From an uncultured Gammaproteobacteria bacterium (GTDB lineage: Bacteria; Pseudomonadota; Gammaproteobacteria; Pseudomonadales; UBA5518), in NCBI GenBank assembly GCA_963819895.1, contig CAWFXU010000013.1:172447-236446 (forward strand): a stretch of DNA of 64,000 nucleotides. The letters are read 5' to 3'. A program made the position numbers and the translations under genes. Positions 1 to 10,238 of the stretch are shown here, piece after piece (positions within the stretch are counted from its first letter, which is position 1; the number at the start of each line of letters is the position of its first letter). Below the pieces are notes generated by a model. That model worked only from the letters and a program-made list of their open reading frames with translations. It searched no databases and was not told where the DNA came from.

Positions 1-999
1 CGCAGTTCCCCGGCGCGGACGACGCGGTGGTTTTCGGCCACGAGTTCTGCTGCGAGGTTCTCGACCATGGCCCCGGCTGCGAGCGCAAGATCAGGCCGGG
101 CACGCGCGTGGTGGCGCAGCCGTTGCTGCGCGTGGGCAACGCGATCGACATGCTCGGCCTGTCCGTGCGCTCCCCTGGCGCCTATGCCGAGCGCATGCTG
201 CTGCAGGAATCGGCGCTGGTACCGGTGCCGAACGGCCTGTCCAGCGAGCATGGCGGCGCTCACCGAGCCGATGGCCGTGGCCTGGCATGCGGTGCGACGC
301 AGCGAGATCGCGCGCAAGGACGTGGCCATCGTGATCGGGTGCGGACCGGTCGGCCTCGCGGTGATCTGCCTGCTGAAGGCGCGCGGCGTGAAGACCGTCG
401 TTGCCAGCGATTTCTCGCCGGGCCGTCGCGCGCTGGCGCAACAGTGCGGCGCCGATGTCGTGATCGATCCTGCCACGACATCGCCCTGGTCGAACTGGCA
501 GGAATACGGCTTCATGGGCGGGCTCGGCGACCTGCTGGAGCTCGCGCTCGGCACGCGCGAGAAGCTCGCGAAGCTGCCGCTGCCCTGGTGGCACGCGTGG
601 CGCCTCGCGGAGGCGCTCGGGCAGAACCCGGCGCGGCCGGTGATATTCGAGTGCGTCGGCGTGCCGGGGCTCCTGCAGCAGCTCATCGACGGCGCGCCAC
701 TGCTGTCGCGCGTCGTGGTGGCTGGCGTCTGCATGCAGGTCGACCGCATCGAGCCGGCGCTCGCGATCCACAAGGAGATCGACCTGCGCTTCGTCTTCGG
801 CCACTCGCCGCTGGAGTTTCGCGACACCCTGCACATGATCGCCGATGGCAAGGTGGACTGCGCCCCGCTGATCACCGGCGTGGTCGGCCTCGACGGCGTG
901 GCCGATGCGTTCGCTGCGTTGAAGGATCCGGAGCAGCACGCCAAGATCCTGATCGACCCGAAAATCCGGGGGCAGTCTGCTCATGCGCCACATGAATAG
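1..999 (+). pseudogene. Zn-dependent alcohol dehydrogenase (MDR) family; 5' end outside window; one frameshift near 250
   Basis: Frame 3 reads QFPGADDAVVFGHEFCCEVLDHG...VPVPNGLSSEH. Frame 1 (ORF 67..999) continues AALTEPMAVAWHAV...VAIVIGCGPVGL...KILIDP to TAG 997-999. The GHE motif and GxGxxG Rossmann block are typical of MDR dehydrogenases. A frame change is needed at about 245-255. Confidence 0.8.
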
Positions 1000-2423
1000 G
1001 CTGCCCCCGGGTTTTCTCCCCCTCAACCAGATCGCCTTCGCGGTGCTCGACCTGCGCCGCACCGAAGCCTGGTGGCGCGAGGGGCTGGGTTTCCTTCCCG
1101 CGGGCGGCACGCGCGCGCTGTTCCGCGGCCCGCTGTCGGGCCGCATCCAGAAACTGCCGGGCTCCGCGTGCACCTGCTGGTGCCTGCTCGGGCGCAACGA
1201 CTGGTGCCAGCTGGAGCTCTTCCAGTACGAGAAGCCGGTGTCGCAGCTGATGCCGGCCGATTACCGCCCGAGCGACCTCGGCTACAGCCGCTGCGGTGTG
1301 TGGGTGGCGGATTTCGATGCGACGCTGGCGCGTCTCGCGCGGCTCGGCAGCGAGCCGCTGGCCGCGCCGGTCGGGTGTGCCGGGGCAACGGCGCGCCTGC
1401 GTGCGCAATCCCGACGGCGTCTACGTCGAGCTCATGGAGGACGACCCGCTGCCCGCGCAGAACGCGCGCGGTCGCCAGGATTGCCCGGTGGCGATCCGCA
1501 GCGCCACCCTGTCGACGCCGGACATGGACGCTTCGGTGGATTTCCTCACCCGGGGCCTCGGCATGCGCGAAGTGCCGCGGCAACTGCACGAGGACGCTCA
1601 CGAGGCGCTGTGGGGCCTCGCGGGCGCGCGCTGCGAACGTCGCGTCTTCACCGACGCCAGCGGCGATCCGACGATGCTGCTCGAACTGGTGCAGTACCGC
1701 GATCCGCCGGGCCGGCCGTTCCCGGCCGGTTACCGCCTGTGCGACCAGCGCATCCTCAACGTCTGCTTCGGCGACCCGCAGGGAAGCGCGGGCGTCATGG
1801 CGCTGTACCGCCAGGCGCTCGCGGCCGGCGCGCAGCACAACTGCCCGCCGCTGAATCTCGGCATCACGGGCTGCGTGTACGTGAGCGATCCGCTCGGCTT
1901 CTCCTGGGAATTCATGTGGGCCCGCCCCGGCCTGGCACAGCGCGCCTTCGGCTTCGTGCCGTTGCCCGGCGCGCAGCGCCCGCAGCTGGACAACCAGCGC
2001 GTCGAGGCGTCGTTGCGTATCGAGGCCCCGGCCGCGGAAGTGTTCGCGGTGCTGGGCGACCATCGCGGCATGAGCGACTGGGCCGGCTTCGGCGAGTGCC
2101 GCCTGGTGCGCCGCGGCGACGGCGAGCTTGGCGGACGGGCCGCCGAGCGTTTGCTCGAGAGCCCGCTCGGCACGATCCGCGAACAGATCACCGACTGGTG
2201 GCCGGGCCGCGGCTATCGTTACCGCATCATCGCGGGCTCGCCCTTCATCGGCTACTGGGGCGAGGTGCGGCTGGTGCCCGAGGGTGACGGCACCCGGGTC
2301 GAGTGGGTCCTGCGTTTCCGTTCGCGCATTCCCGGGCTGGGCGGATTGTGGCGCGCGCTGCTGCGGCGCAAGCTGCACGTTGCCCTGCAGGGGCTGCGGC
2401 GGCAGGTCTTGCACGCGAGGTGA
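983..2423 (+). pseudogene. VOC (glyoxalase-fold) repeat protein with SRPBCC/cyclase-like C-terminal domain; one frameshift near 1370
   Basis: The ORF 983..2287 start reads LPLNQIAFAVLDL...CQLELFQYEKP. ORF 1296..2423 reads RACVRNPDGVYVELMEDD...MLLELVQYRDPPG, then EAPAAEVFAVLGDHRGMSDWAGF...GYWGEVRLVPEGDGTRVEW. This looks like two VOC repeats plus an SRPBCC-like tail. The ATG at 983 or 992 overlaps the upstream stop. Confidence 0.6.
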
Positions 2424-3272
2424 ATGACGACATGTACCCGGGCGCTGAATACCGCTGTCTGCCGGTCAACGGCATCGAGATGAACGTGATGCTCGCCGGC
2501 GCGGGCGAGCCGGTGCTGCTGGTGCACGGTTTCCCCGACGATCACACGGTCTGGCGCGAGCAGGTGCAGGCGCTGGTCGCGGCCGGCTATCGCGTGATCG
2601 CGCCCGATACGCGCGGTTGCGGCGACTCGGGCATTCCCGGGCGGGTGGCGGATTACCGCGTCGAAATGCTGGTCGATGACCTGCGCGCGCTGCTCGACGC
2701 GCTCGGGCATCGACAAGGTGCGCCTCGTCGCGCACGACTGGGGCGCGGTGATCGGCTGGCGTTTCGTGCTGGCGCATCCGCAGCGCGTCGAGCGTTTCGT
2801 GGCCCTCTCGGTCGGGCATCCGACGGCCTACGCGCGCGGCGGCCTGGTGCAGAAGCTCAAGGGCTACTACGTCCTGCTGATGCAGCTGCGCGGCATCATG
2901 GAGTGGCTGGCGATGTGCGGCGACTGGTTCCTGTTCCGCCAGCTGACGCGCTACGCGGCCGAATTCCCGCGCTGGCGCGACAGGCTGTCGCGTCCCGGAC
3001 GGCTCACGGCCGGCATGAACTACTACCGCGCGAACCTTGGTGCCTTGTTTGCCGGCGAGCTCGCCTCGGCGCGCGTGCCGGTGTTCGGTGTCTGGAGCAG
3101 CGGCGACCTCTTCCTCGTCGAGGGGCAGATGATCGCCAGCGAACGCTACGTGCGCGGGCCCTGGCGCTATGCCCGCATCGAGGGTGCGAACCACTGGCTG
3201 CAGCTGGATGCGCCGCAGCACTTCAACCCCTTGCTGCTCGAATACCTGGGGCTGCCGCGCGAGTTCCTCTGA
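2420..3272 (+). pseudogene. alpha/beta hydrolase, epoxide-hydrolase-like; one frameshift near 2708
   Basis: GTG 2420 overlaps the upstream TGA (GTGA). LLVHGFPDD...APDTRGCGDS is followed, after a frame change, by KVRLVAHDWGAVIGW...GANHWLQLDAP. The HGxP block, nucleophile elbow HDWG and C-terminal His block are present. Confidence 0.8.
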
Positions 3273-3297
3273 GGCGCCCGGCTGCCACCCGCAGGCG

Positions 3298-3325
3298 TTG
3301 AAAGTCGATATTGCGCGTGTATAGT
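3298..3325 (+). promoter_or_regulatory. candidate sigma70-type promoter of glsA
   Basis: TTGAAA (3298-3303), 16 nt spacer, TATAGT (3320-3325), in an AT-rich patch 67 nt upstream of the glsA ATG. This is a pattern match only. Confidence 0.35.
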
Positions 3326-3391
3326 GCAAACGCGCGAGATGACAAAACAGGGTATCGGGAAGCGCGCAGAGCACTGACACGGGAGCCTTCG

Positions 3392-4414
3392 ATGAAAGCA
3401 CGATTCAGCGTCACGATCATTGCCGCACTGGCGATGTTCACCCTCGGCGTGACGGGGGCGGCGGCAGCGGAATTGTCGCCGAAGGCGATCAACGCGGCAC
3501 TGGATGCGGCCTACGAGAAGTACCGGGGCCTGCAGGAAGGCAAGAACGCCGATTACATCCCGGCCCTGGCCAAGGTCGATCCCGACCTGTACGGCATCGC
3601 GCTGGTGACCACCGACGGCAAGGTCTTCACCAAGGGAGACGTAGGCTCCGAGGTCTCGATCCAGTCGATCTCCAAGGTCTTCACCATGGCCAAGGTGATC
3701 GAGGAGCGGGGCCCCGATGCCATCGCCGGGAGCATGGGCGTCGATGCCACCGGACAGGTATTCAACTCGATCGTCGCCATCGAGCAGTACAAGGGCGCCG
3801 AGATGAACGCGATGGTGAATCCCGGTGCCATCACCGCCACCAGCATGGTCGCGGGCGGCTCGCGCGAGGAGATCTGGAACAAGATCCTCTCGTACTACGG
3901 CGATTTCGCCGGCCGCAAGCTCGCGGTCAACCAGGAAGTCTTCGAATCCGAGGCGGCGACCAACCAGCGCAACCAGGCCATCGGCCGCTTGATGTACGCC
4001 TACGGCCATATCAAGGAAAACCCCGACCAGGCCACCGACATCTACACCGAGCAGTGCTCGGTCAACGTCAATGCGAAGGATCTCGCCACGATGGCGGCGA
4101 CCCTGGCCAATGGCGGGCGGAATCCGGTCACCGGGAAGCAGGTGCTCAACAGCGCATACGTGCCGAACGTGCTCGCCGTGATGGCCACGGCGGGACTCTA
4201 CGACGATTCCGGCCAGTGGCTGTACGAGACCGGCCTGCCCGCCAAGAGTGGCGTCGGCGGCGGCATCATCGCGGTATCGCCGGGTCGCTTCGGCATCGCC
4301 GTGATCTCGCCGCCCCTCGATGCCGCGGGCAACAGCGTGCGCGCACAGAAGGCCATCGCCGACATCTCGAATGCGCTGGGCGGCAACCCCTACGCGACAA
4401 CGCCGCGCAAGTAA
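3392..4414 (+). CDS. glsA: glutaminase A with N-terminal signal-like peptide
   Basis: Intact ORF. ATG 3392 is preceded by GGGAG. The N-terminus MKARFSVTIIAALAMFTLGVTGAAAA looks like an export signal. Glutaminase blocks are present: ADYIPALAKVDP, SIQSISKVF (Ser-x-x-Lys), MVNPGAI, LPAKSGVGGGI. Confidence 0.9.
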   Translation: MKARFSVTIIAALAMFTLGVTGAAAAELSPKAINAALDAAYEKYRGLQEGKNADYIPALAKVDPDLYGIALVTTDGKVFTKGDVGSEVSIQSISKVFTMAKVIEERGPDAIAGSMGVDATGQVFNSIVAIEQYKGAEMNAMVNPGAITATSMVAGGSREEIWNKILSYYGDFAGRKLAVNQEVFESEAATNQRNQAIGRLMYAYGHIKENPDQATDIYTEQCSVNVNAKDLATMAATLANGGRNPVTGKQVLNSAYVPNVLAVMATAGLYDDSGQWLYETGLPAKSGVGGGIIAVSPGRFGIAVISPPLDAAGNSVRAQKAIADISNALGGNPYATTPRK

Positions 4415-4485
4415 GCACGGCTTCGCGGGCGCCGCCGGCGATCATCTGTTCGACAATTCATTGCGTTCCAGCCAGGAGCTTTCAC

Positions 4486-5885
4486 GTGAAGACGCCATAC
4501 ATTTGCCGCGCCGCCCGGCCCACTCTCCCGCGGCTGCTGCTCGCGGTTGCGGTGAGTTCTGCCGCGCTCGCCCGCGCGGACGACCTCAGTGAGCTTCGCG
4601 ACGAGCTGGAGGCTTCCCGCGCCGCGATCGAGCGGCTCGAGCAACGCATCCGCCAACTCGAATCCGCGCAGGCCGCTCCCGCTGGCCTCAGCTCCGAGAC
4701 GGTGGCGCCGGCGGCTGCCGCACCAGCGGTCGTGGCCGCTCCCGCGGCCAGCAGCGTCCGCCCGCACGCAGTGCGGCCGATGCGAACCTGGACATCTACG
4801 GCTTCGTGCAGCTCGACACGATCTATGACTTCAACCAGTCCGATCCGGACTGGAAGGACACGCTGCGCGTGTCGAAGATCCCGATCAACTGTCCCGGCGA
4901 CGCCGGCTGCGGCAAGGACGGCGAAACCGTCTTCAGCGTGCGCCAGACGCGCATCGGCATCCGCGGCAAGACACCGACCGCGATCGGCGAACTGAACACC
5001 AGGCTCGAATTCGAGCTCTTCGGCGTCGGTGTCGATGCCGGCCAGACCACGCCACGCCTGCGTCATGCGTGGGCCGAGCTCGGCGAATTCGGCGCCGGCC
5101 AGACCTGGTCGCTGTTCATGGATCCGGACGTGTTCCCCAACACCATCGATTACTGGGGCCCGACCGGCATGATGTTCCTGCGCAATCCGCAGCTGCGCTG
5201 GACGCCGTACCGCGGCAGCGGCTCGCAGTTCGCGATCGCCCTCGAGTCGCCCTCCTCGGCGCTGGACACCGGGAAGATCCAGGACATCGACCCCGAGGAC
5301 AACCCGCTGTCCATCCAGAGCGAGAACAACCTGCCGGACCTCACGGCGCAGTGGCGCGCCAGCGGCGACTGGGGGCATGCGCAACTGGCGGGCCTGCTGC
5401 GCTCCGTGGGCTACGAGACCGAGAACACCCGCAACGGCGAGCCCTCGGGTGACGAGCTCGGCTGGGGCCTGAATGCAAGCACGAGCATCGCGTTCGGCGC
5501 GCGCGACAAGCTGCACCTGCAACTCGCCTATGGCGAGGGCATCGCGAGCTACATCAACGACGGCGGCAACGACCTCGCGCCGAATGACGACATCGACGGC
5601 GCCGAAGTGCTGCCACTGCTCGGCGCGCTGCTCTACTTCGATCACTACTGGAGCGAGCGCTGGAGCAGCAGCATCGGCTGGAGCATCGCCGAGCAGGACA
5701 CCACCGACGGCCAGTTCGGCAGCGCCTATGAAGGCGCGCGGTACGGCAACGTGAACCTGCTCCACTACCCGGTGCCGGGCATCATGGTCGGCGGCGAACT
5801 GGTCTACGGCGAGCTCGAACTGAAGGACGGCAGCGAGGCGGACGACACGCGCTTCCAGATGTCGTTCAAGTACAGTTTCGATTGA
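4486..5885 (+). pseudogene. DcaP-like outer-membrane porin (signal peptide + coiled coil + beta-barrel); one frameshift near 4770
   Basis: GTG 4486 follows AGGAG. Frame 1 gives the signal LLLAVAVSSAALARA and the coiled coil LSELRDELEASRAAIERLEQRIRQLESAQ. Frame 0 (ORF 4806..5885) gives ANLDIYGFVQLDTIYDF... and ends FQMSFKYSFD (aromatic C-terminus). Confidence 0.6.
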
Positions 5886-5936
5886 CGGCCGATGACGGTT
5901 ACGTGATCGACCACTGACCGGGTGGAGCCATCGCCA

Positions 5937-7595
5937 ATGCAATCCGCAGTCATGTTGCGCGACTTCCTGCTGGTCAACCCGGTGTTCACGTTGTTCCTCG
6001 TCCTCGGCTGCGGTTATCTCGTCGGCCGGGTGCGCATTGCCTCGATTTCACTGGGTCCCGTGGCGGGTGCGTTGCTGGTGTCGCTGGTGCTCGGGCAGTT
6101 CGGGTTCAAGATCAGCGAAGGGGCGCAGTCGGTCGGCTTCGCCCTGTTCATATTCGCGGTTGGCTACCAGGCCGGGCCACGATTTTTCGAGGTCATCAGG
6201 ACGCAAGGCGTGCAATATCTGCTGCTTGCGCTGTTCGTGGCAGGAGTGGGCGCGGTGATCGCGATCCTGGCGGGCACGCTGCTCGACCTGCCCTTTGGCG
6301 GTATGGCGGGGCTGCTTGCCGGTGCCCTTACCACCACGCCCACGCTCGCGGCCGCCCAGGAAGCGGTGCGCTCCGGCCTGGTTGCGCTACCCGACGGGGC
6401 GACGGCCGACAGCGTGCTCGCCACGATCGCCTCCAGCTACGCGATCACCTACGTCGTGGGCATGCTCGGCATCATCGCCACCGTGCGCTTGCTGCCGCGC
6501 GTGGTCGGCGTGGATCTGGCCGCGCAAGCCGCGCTGATGGAGGAGTCCGGGAAGCAGCCGGCCGGTGGCCAGTTGCAGGCGCGGGCCTATCGTGTGTCCC
6601 GTCCCGAGGCGTGCGCGCCCACGGTCAGGGAGATCCGCGCGAGATTGTGGGATTCGCTGTCGGTGGCGAGGCTCTGGCGCAATGGCGAGTGGGTCCGTCC
6701 CGCAGACGATGATCATCTGCGGATCGGCGATGAAATCCATGTGTATGGCGACTCGAACGTTTTCCGCTCGGGAATCGCCGCCTTCGGAGAGGAGGTCCCG
6801 GTCTCCCCGGAGATCGATCTGACGGCCTCGTACACGCACGTGGTCGTCGCGCGCCGCGGTGCCGTCGGCAAGACCTTGCTGGAGCTCGATCTCGCGCGCA
6901 GCTGCGGCCTCGTGGTCACGGAAGTACAGCGCGAAGGGGTGATGCTGCCGCTCAGTGGTCACCTGCGGCTGCAGCGCAGTGACGTGCTCAGCGTGGTCGG
7001 TCCGAAGTCCGGCCTGGAGGCCATGGCGGAGATTCTCGGGCCCGTCGAGGCAGGTATCGCAGAGACCGACATGGCCACGTTCTCGTTCGGCATCGCCCTG
7101 GGTGCGCTGATCGGTCTGTTTGTCGTGAAAGTTGGCGGCATCCCGATCGGGCTGGGCATGGCGGGAGGCTTGCTGGGCTCCGGCATATTCGTGGGGTGGC
7201 TCAATGCCACCCGGCCCACGCTGGGCAGATTTCCCGAGGCGGCACGGTGGATCCTCATGGAATTCGGGTTGATGATCTTCATCATCGGTGTCGGCCTGCA
7301 GGCCGGCGGCCAGATCGTCGAGACGTTCATGGACGCGGGGGCCGCCCTGATCCTCGCCGCCGTGCTGGTCGTCTCGCTGCCCATGCTGCTCGGCTACGCC
7401 TTCGGTCGCAAGGTGCTGCATCTGCATCCCGTGCTGCTCCTGGGAGCGCTCACCGGTGCCATGACCAGCGCGGCCGCGATGAGCCTGGTCAACCAGGAGG
7501 CGAAGAGCACGATACCGGCGCTCGGTTACACCGGAACCTATGCGTTCGCCAATGTCATCCTGACGGTGGCTGGCACCCTGATCATGTTCGTCTGA
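5937..7595 (+). CDS. YidE/YbjL (AspT/aspartate:alanine antiporter superfamily) transporter with two central RCK_C/TrkA-C-like domains
   Basis: Intact 1.66-kb ORF. Duplicated hydrophobic halves (LFLVLGCGYLVGRVRI... and GIPIGLGMAGGLLGSGIFVGW...) flank soluble repeats (RVSRPEACAPTVREIR...; VVARRGAVGKTLLELDL...). The alternative GTG start is at 5922. Confidence 0.8.
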   Translation: MQSAVMLRDFLLVNPVFTLFLVLGCGYLVGRVRIASISLGPVAGALLVSLVLGQFGFKISEGAQSVGFALFIFAVGYQAGPRFFEVIRTQGVQYLLLALFVAGVGAVIAILAGTLLDLPFGGMAGLLAGALTTTPTLAAAQEAVRSGLVALPDGATADSVLATIASSYAITYVVGMLGIIATVRLLPRVVGVDLAAQAALMEESGKQPAGGQLQARAYRVSRPEACAPTVREIRARLWDSLSVARLWRNGEWVRPADDDHLRIGDEIHVYGDSNVFRSGIAAFGEEVPVSPEIDLTASYTHVVVARRGAVGKTLLELDLARSCGLVVTEVQREGVMLPLSGHLRLQRSDVLSVVGPKSGLEAMAEILGPVEAGIAETDMATFSFGIALGALIGLFVVKVGGIPIGLGMAGGLLGSGIFVGWLNATRPTLGRFPEAARWILMEFGLMIFIIGVGLQAGGQIVETFMDAGAALILAAVLVVSLPMLLGYAFGRKVLHLHPVLLLGALTGAMTSAAAMSLVNQEAKSTIPALGYTGTYAFANVILTVAGTLIMFV

Positions 7596-7672
7596 GGTGC
7601 ACCACCGTCCACGACAGGTCGGTGCCGGTGGGCTTTGACGGCGCCCGGCGCCAGCCGCTAGTCTTCGTTCTC

Positions 7673-8690
7673 ATGAAAAAACAAAGCCTGAACGAACCGA
7701 CGACCATAGCGGCCTACGTCGAAGCGATAACCCGGGCGCTGGAGGCGCGCGGCGTGGACCCCGGCGAGGTGCTGCGCGAGATCGACGTGTCGCGCATCCG
7801 CAACAACGACCCGCTGGTGCGCATCAGCGACTCGACCGTCAACGCCATCTACGCCCGTGCGGTCGCGCTCACCGGCGACGAATACTTCGGCCTGAGCGTG
7901 GCGGAGCGCATCGTGCCGGGCATGCTGCACGCGCTGGGCTATGCGCTGCTCGCCAGCGAGACCCTCGAGGATTTCTGCCACCGCTTCGTGCGCTACTACG
8001 GGCTGGTCTCGCAGAGCGCCCACCTGCGGGTCTTCGTCGAAGGCGATACATTCCGGCTCGAGGCCGATCCGCACAACCCCGGGATCTGCTTCGAGACCCA
8101 GGACGTGTGGGCCGGTCTCGTCATTCGCCTGATGCGGGCCGCCTCTCGCGCCGACTTCCATCCGCGTCAGCTCGATCTGCGCCGTCCCGTGCCCGCCGGC
8201 GGCGAGGAGCCCTTCCGGGCGTTTTTCGGCTGTCCGATCCGGTTCGGGCAGCCCCACCTGTGTTTCCATTTCGATCTGGCGGCGATGCGCGAGCCCCTGC
8301 TCGGCGCCAACCGCGAGCTGGCGCAGCACAACGACCAGATCGCGATGACCTACATCGAGCGGCTCGACCGCGACGACATCGCCAATCGCGTGCGCACGCA
8401 CCTCGTGAACGGCCTGAACGCCGGCATATTCAGCCGCGCGGAGGTGGCGGCGCGCATGCACATGAGCCCGAGCACGCTGCAGGCGAAGCTCGCGCGGCAG
8501 GGGGTGTCGTTCCTGCAGCTGCTCGACGACACGCGCCACCAGCTCGCGCTCGGTTACGTGCGAGCAGAAGCGGCTCTCGATCACCGAGATCGCGTTCATG
8601 CTCGGATTCTCCGACGTCAGCAACTTCAACCGGGCCTTCCGCCGCTGGACCGGCAGGGCGCCCAGCGAATACCGCCTCGTGCCTCACTGA
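7673..8690 (+). pseudogene. AraC-family transcriptional regulator (OruR/ArgR-like ligand domain); one frameshift near 8570
   Basis: The ATG 7673 frame reads MKKQSLNEPTTIAAYVEAITRALE... through LQAKLARQGVSFLQLLDDTRHQLALGYV. The second HTH appears only after a frame change: RLSITEIAFMLGFSDVSNFNRAFRRWTGRAPSEYRLVPH, ending at TGA 8688-8690. Confidence 0.8.
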
Positions 8691-9484
8691 ATCGCGGTGC
8701 TGCCGCCCGGCAGGCGCAGCAACCACAACCCCGCGCCGCCCAGGACGAAGAACAGCGCGAGGTGCCCCCACCCCCACCAGCGGTAGCGCAGCCCGATGCG
8801 TTCGGGCAGTTCGTTGGCGAGCAGGAACAGCCGCCCGTCGCGCGGACGCTGCATCGTGTGCAGATCCTGGACTGCGGGGGCCGCGGCGCGGCGCCGGCGC
8901 AGCTCGCGGCGCGCCTCGAGCCGCGCGAGCTCCCATTCGCGCAGGCTGATCTGCCCGTCGCTGTCGAGGTCGAAGCGCGCGTGCAGTTGCGCGGGCCTGC
9001 TCTTCCACTCGGCCAGCAGATCGGCCATCGCGTGGTGCTCCTCGCGCGCTGTCACGGTGTCGGCGCCGGTGGTGGCGAAGGCGCCGATGGCGTAGAGCGG
9101 GGTGTACGGGAGCAGCAGCCATTCGGTGTATTCGCGCTCGCCCTCGCGCCAGGTCTTCGTGTGTCCGGACAGCACCTCGGCGCCCTCGGGCATCACGAGG
9201 CAGCGGCCGGTGTCGTCGATCAGCAGGAAGGGCGCGACGCTGCGGCCCGAATCCACGGTCTCCCACTCGTCGCGGCTGTTCTTGCGGCGTGTGCGCCAGG
9301 CGTGCCAGCAGCAGGTGGTGGCGCTCAGCGGGCTCGCGAGCACGGTGCCGGGCAGCGCCTCGCAGCGGCCGAACAGCTCGACGTAGCCCTGCGCGGCCGA
9401 GGCGATGCGCGAGGTCGGCAGGTCGTGGATCTGGCGGTAGCGGCGGTAGTTCGCCATCCACGCGAAAAAGCTCACCGCGGCCAT
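8684..9484 (-). CDS. GIDE-domain (E3-ligase-like fold) membrane protein with EF-hand; N-terminus possibly longer
   Basis: There are hydrophobic segments at both ends (AVSFFAWM; WGWGHLALFFVLGGAGLWLL). The central region SRIASAAQGYVELFGRCEA...PFLLIDDTGRCLVMPEGAEV resembles GIDE. The EF-hand loop DLDSDGQISLRE lies at 8936-8971. An ATG at 9608, 16 nt after the lemA stop, joins this frame if one indel near 9560 is assumed. Confidence 0.6.
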   Translation of the reverse strand: MAAVSFFAWMANYRRYRQIHDLPTSRIASAAQGYVELFGRCEALPGTVLASPLSATTCCWHAWRTRRKNSRDEWETVDSGRSVAPFLLIDDTGRCLVMPEGAEVLSGHTKTWREGEREYTEWLLLPYTPLYAIGAFATTGADTVTAREEHHAMADLLAEWKSRPAQLHARFDLDSDGQISLREWELARLEARRELRRRRAAAPAVQDLHTMQRPRDGRLFLLANELPERIGLRYRWWGWGHLALFFVLGGAGLWLLRLPGGSTAIQ

Positions 9485-9624
9485 CGCGAACAGCGCCCAG
9501 GGCCAGACCTCGGGGCGCTCGGATTGCGCGGCGCCGGCAAGAATGAAGAGATGCAGCCCGCCCGAGAGCCACGCCGGTCCGTGCAGCCGCGTTGCCGCCG
9601 GGGCTCATGCGCGCGCGTCCGGGC

Positions 9625-10201
9625 TCAGGAGCCGAACAGCGTGCCGAGGTCGACGTCGGCGGTTTCGGTGGCCGCGAATTCGAGCAGCTCCGCCGGCTTG
9701 AAGCCGAAGAAGCCCGCGAGCAGCGAGGCCGGGAACTGCTCGATGCGCACGTTGTTCACGTTGACCGACTCGTTGTAGAACTCGCGCCGGTCGGCGATGG
9801 CGTTCTCCAGCGCCGAGATGCGCGTCTGCAGTTGCTGGAAGGTCTGGTTGGACTTCAGGTCGGGGTAGGCCTCGGCCACCGCGAAGAGCTGGCCCAGCGT
9901 CGCGCGCAGGCCGCCCTCGGCCTGGCCCAGCGAGCCCACGTTGCCGGATTCGCGCGCCGTCGCGACCCGCGAGCGCGCTTCCATCACGCGCGTGAGCGTC
10001 TCCTGCTCGAACTGCATGTACTGCTTGCAGGTCTCGACCAGCTTCGGCAGCTCGTCGTGGCGCTGCTTCAGCAGCACGTCGATGTTGGCCCAGGCCCTGC
10101 GACACGTTGTGCTTGAGCTGCACCAGGCCGTTGTAGAGCATCACGCCGTAGACCGCGGTCACCAGCAGCACGGCCAGCACGATCATCATCATTGCGCCCA
10201 T
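9625..10201 (-). pseudogene. lemA: LemA family membrane protein; one frameshift near 10096
   Basis: ATG 10201 follows GGAGG. The N-terminus MGAMMMIVLAVLLVTAVYGVMLYNGLVQLKHNVSQ is followed by ORF 9625..10077: LLKQRHDELPKLVETCKQYMQFEQETL...AYPDLKSNQTFQQLQ...FYNESVNVNNVRIEQFP. Removing one base from the CCC run at 10095-10097 restores SQAWANIDVLLKQRHDELP. Confidence 0.85.
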
Positions 10202-10238
10202 GGTTGCCTCCGCAAGCGATGTGGCTACCTGTTCGATT

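Noticed and set aside
7196-9778. 860-aa ORF that could be taken for one large protein.
   Set aside because: Only 7673 to about 8570 is real (the AraC regulator). The 5' part is out of frame with the transporter gene. The 3' part is antisense to the GIDE and lemA genes.
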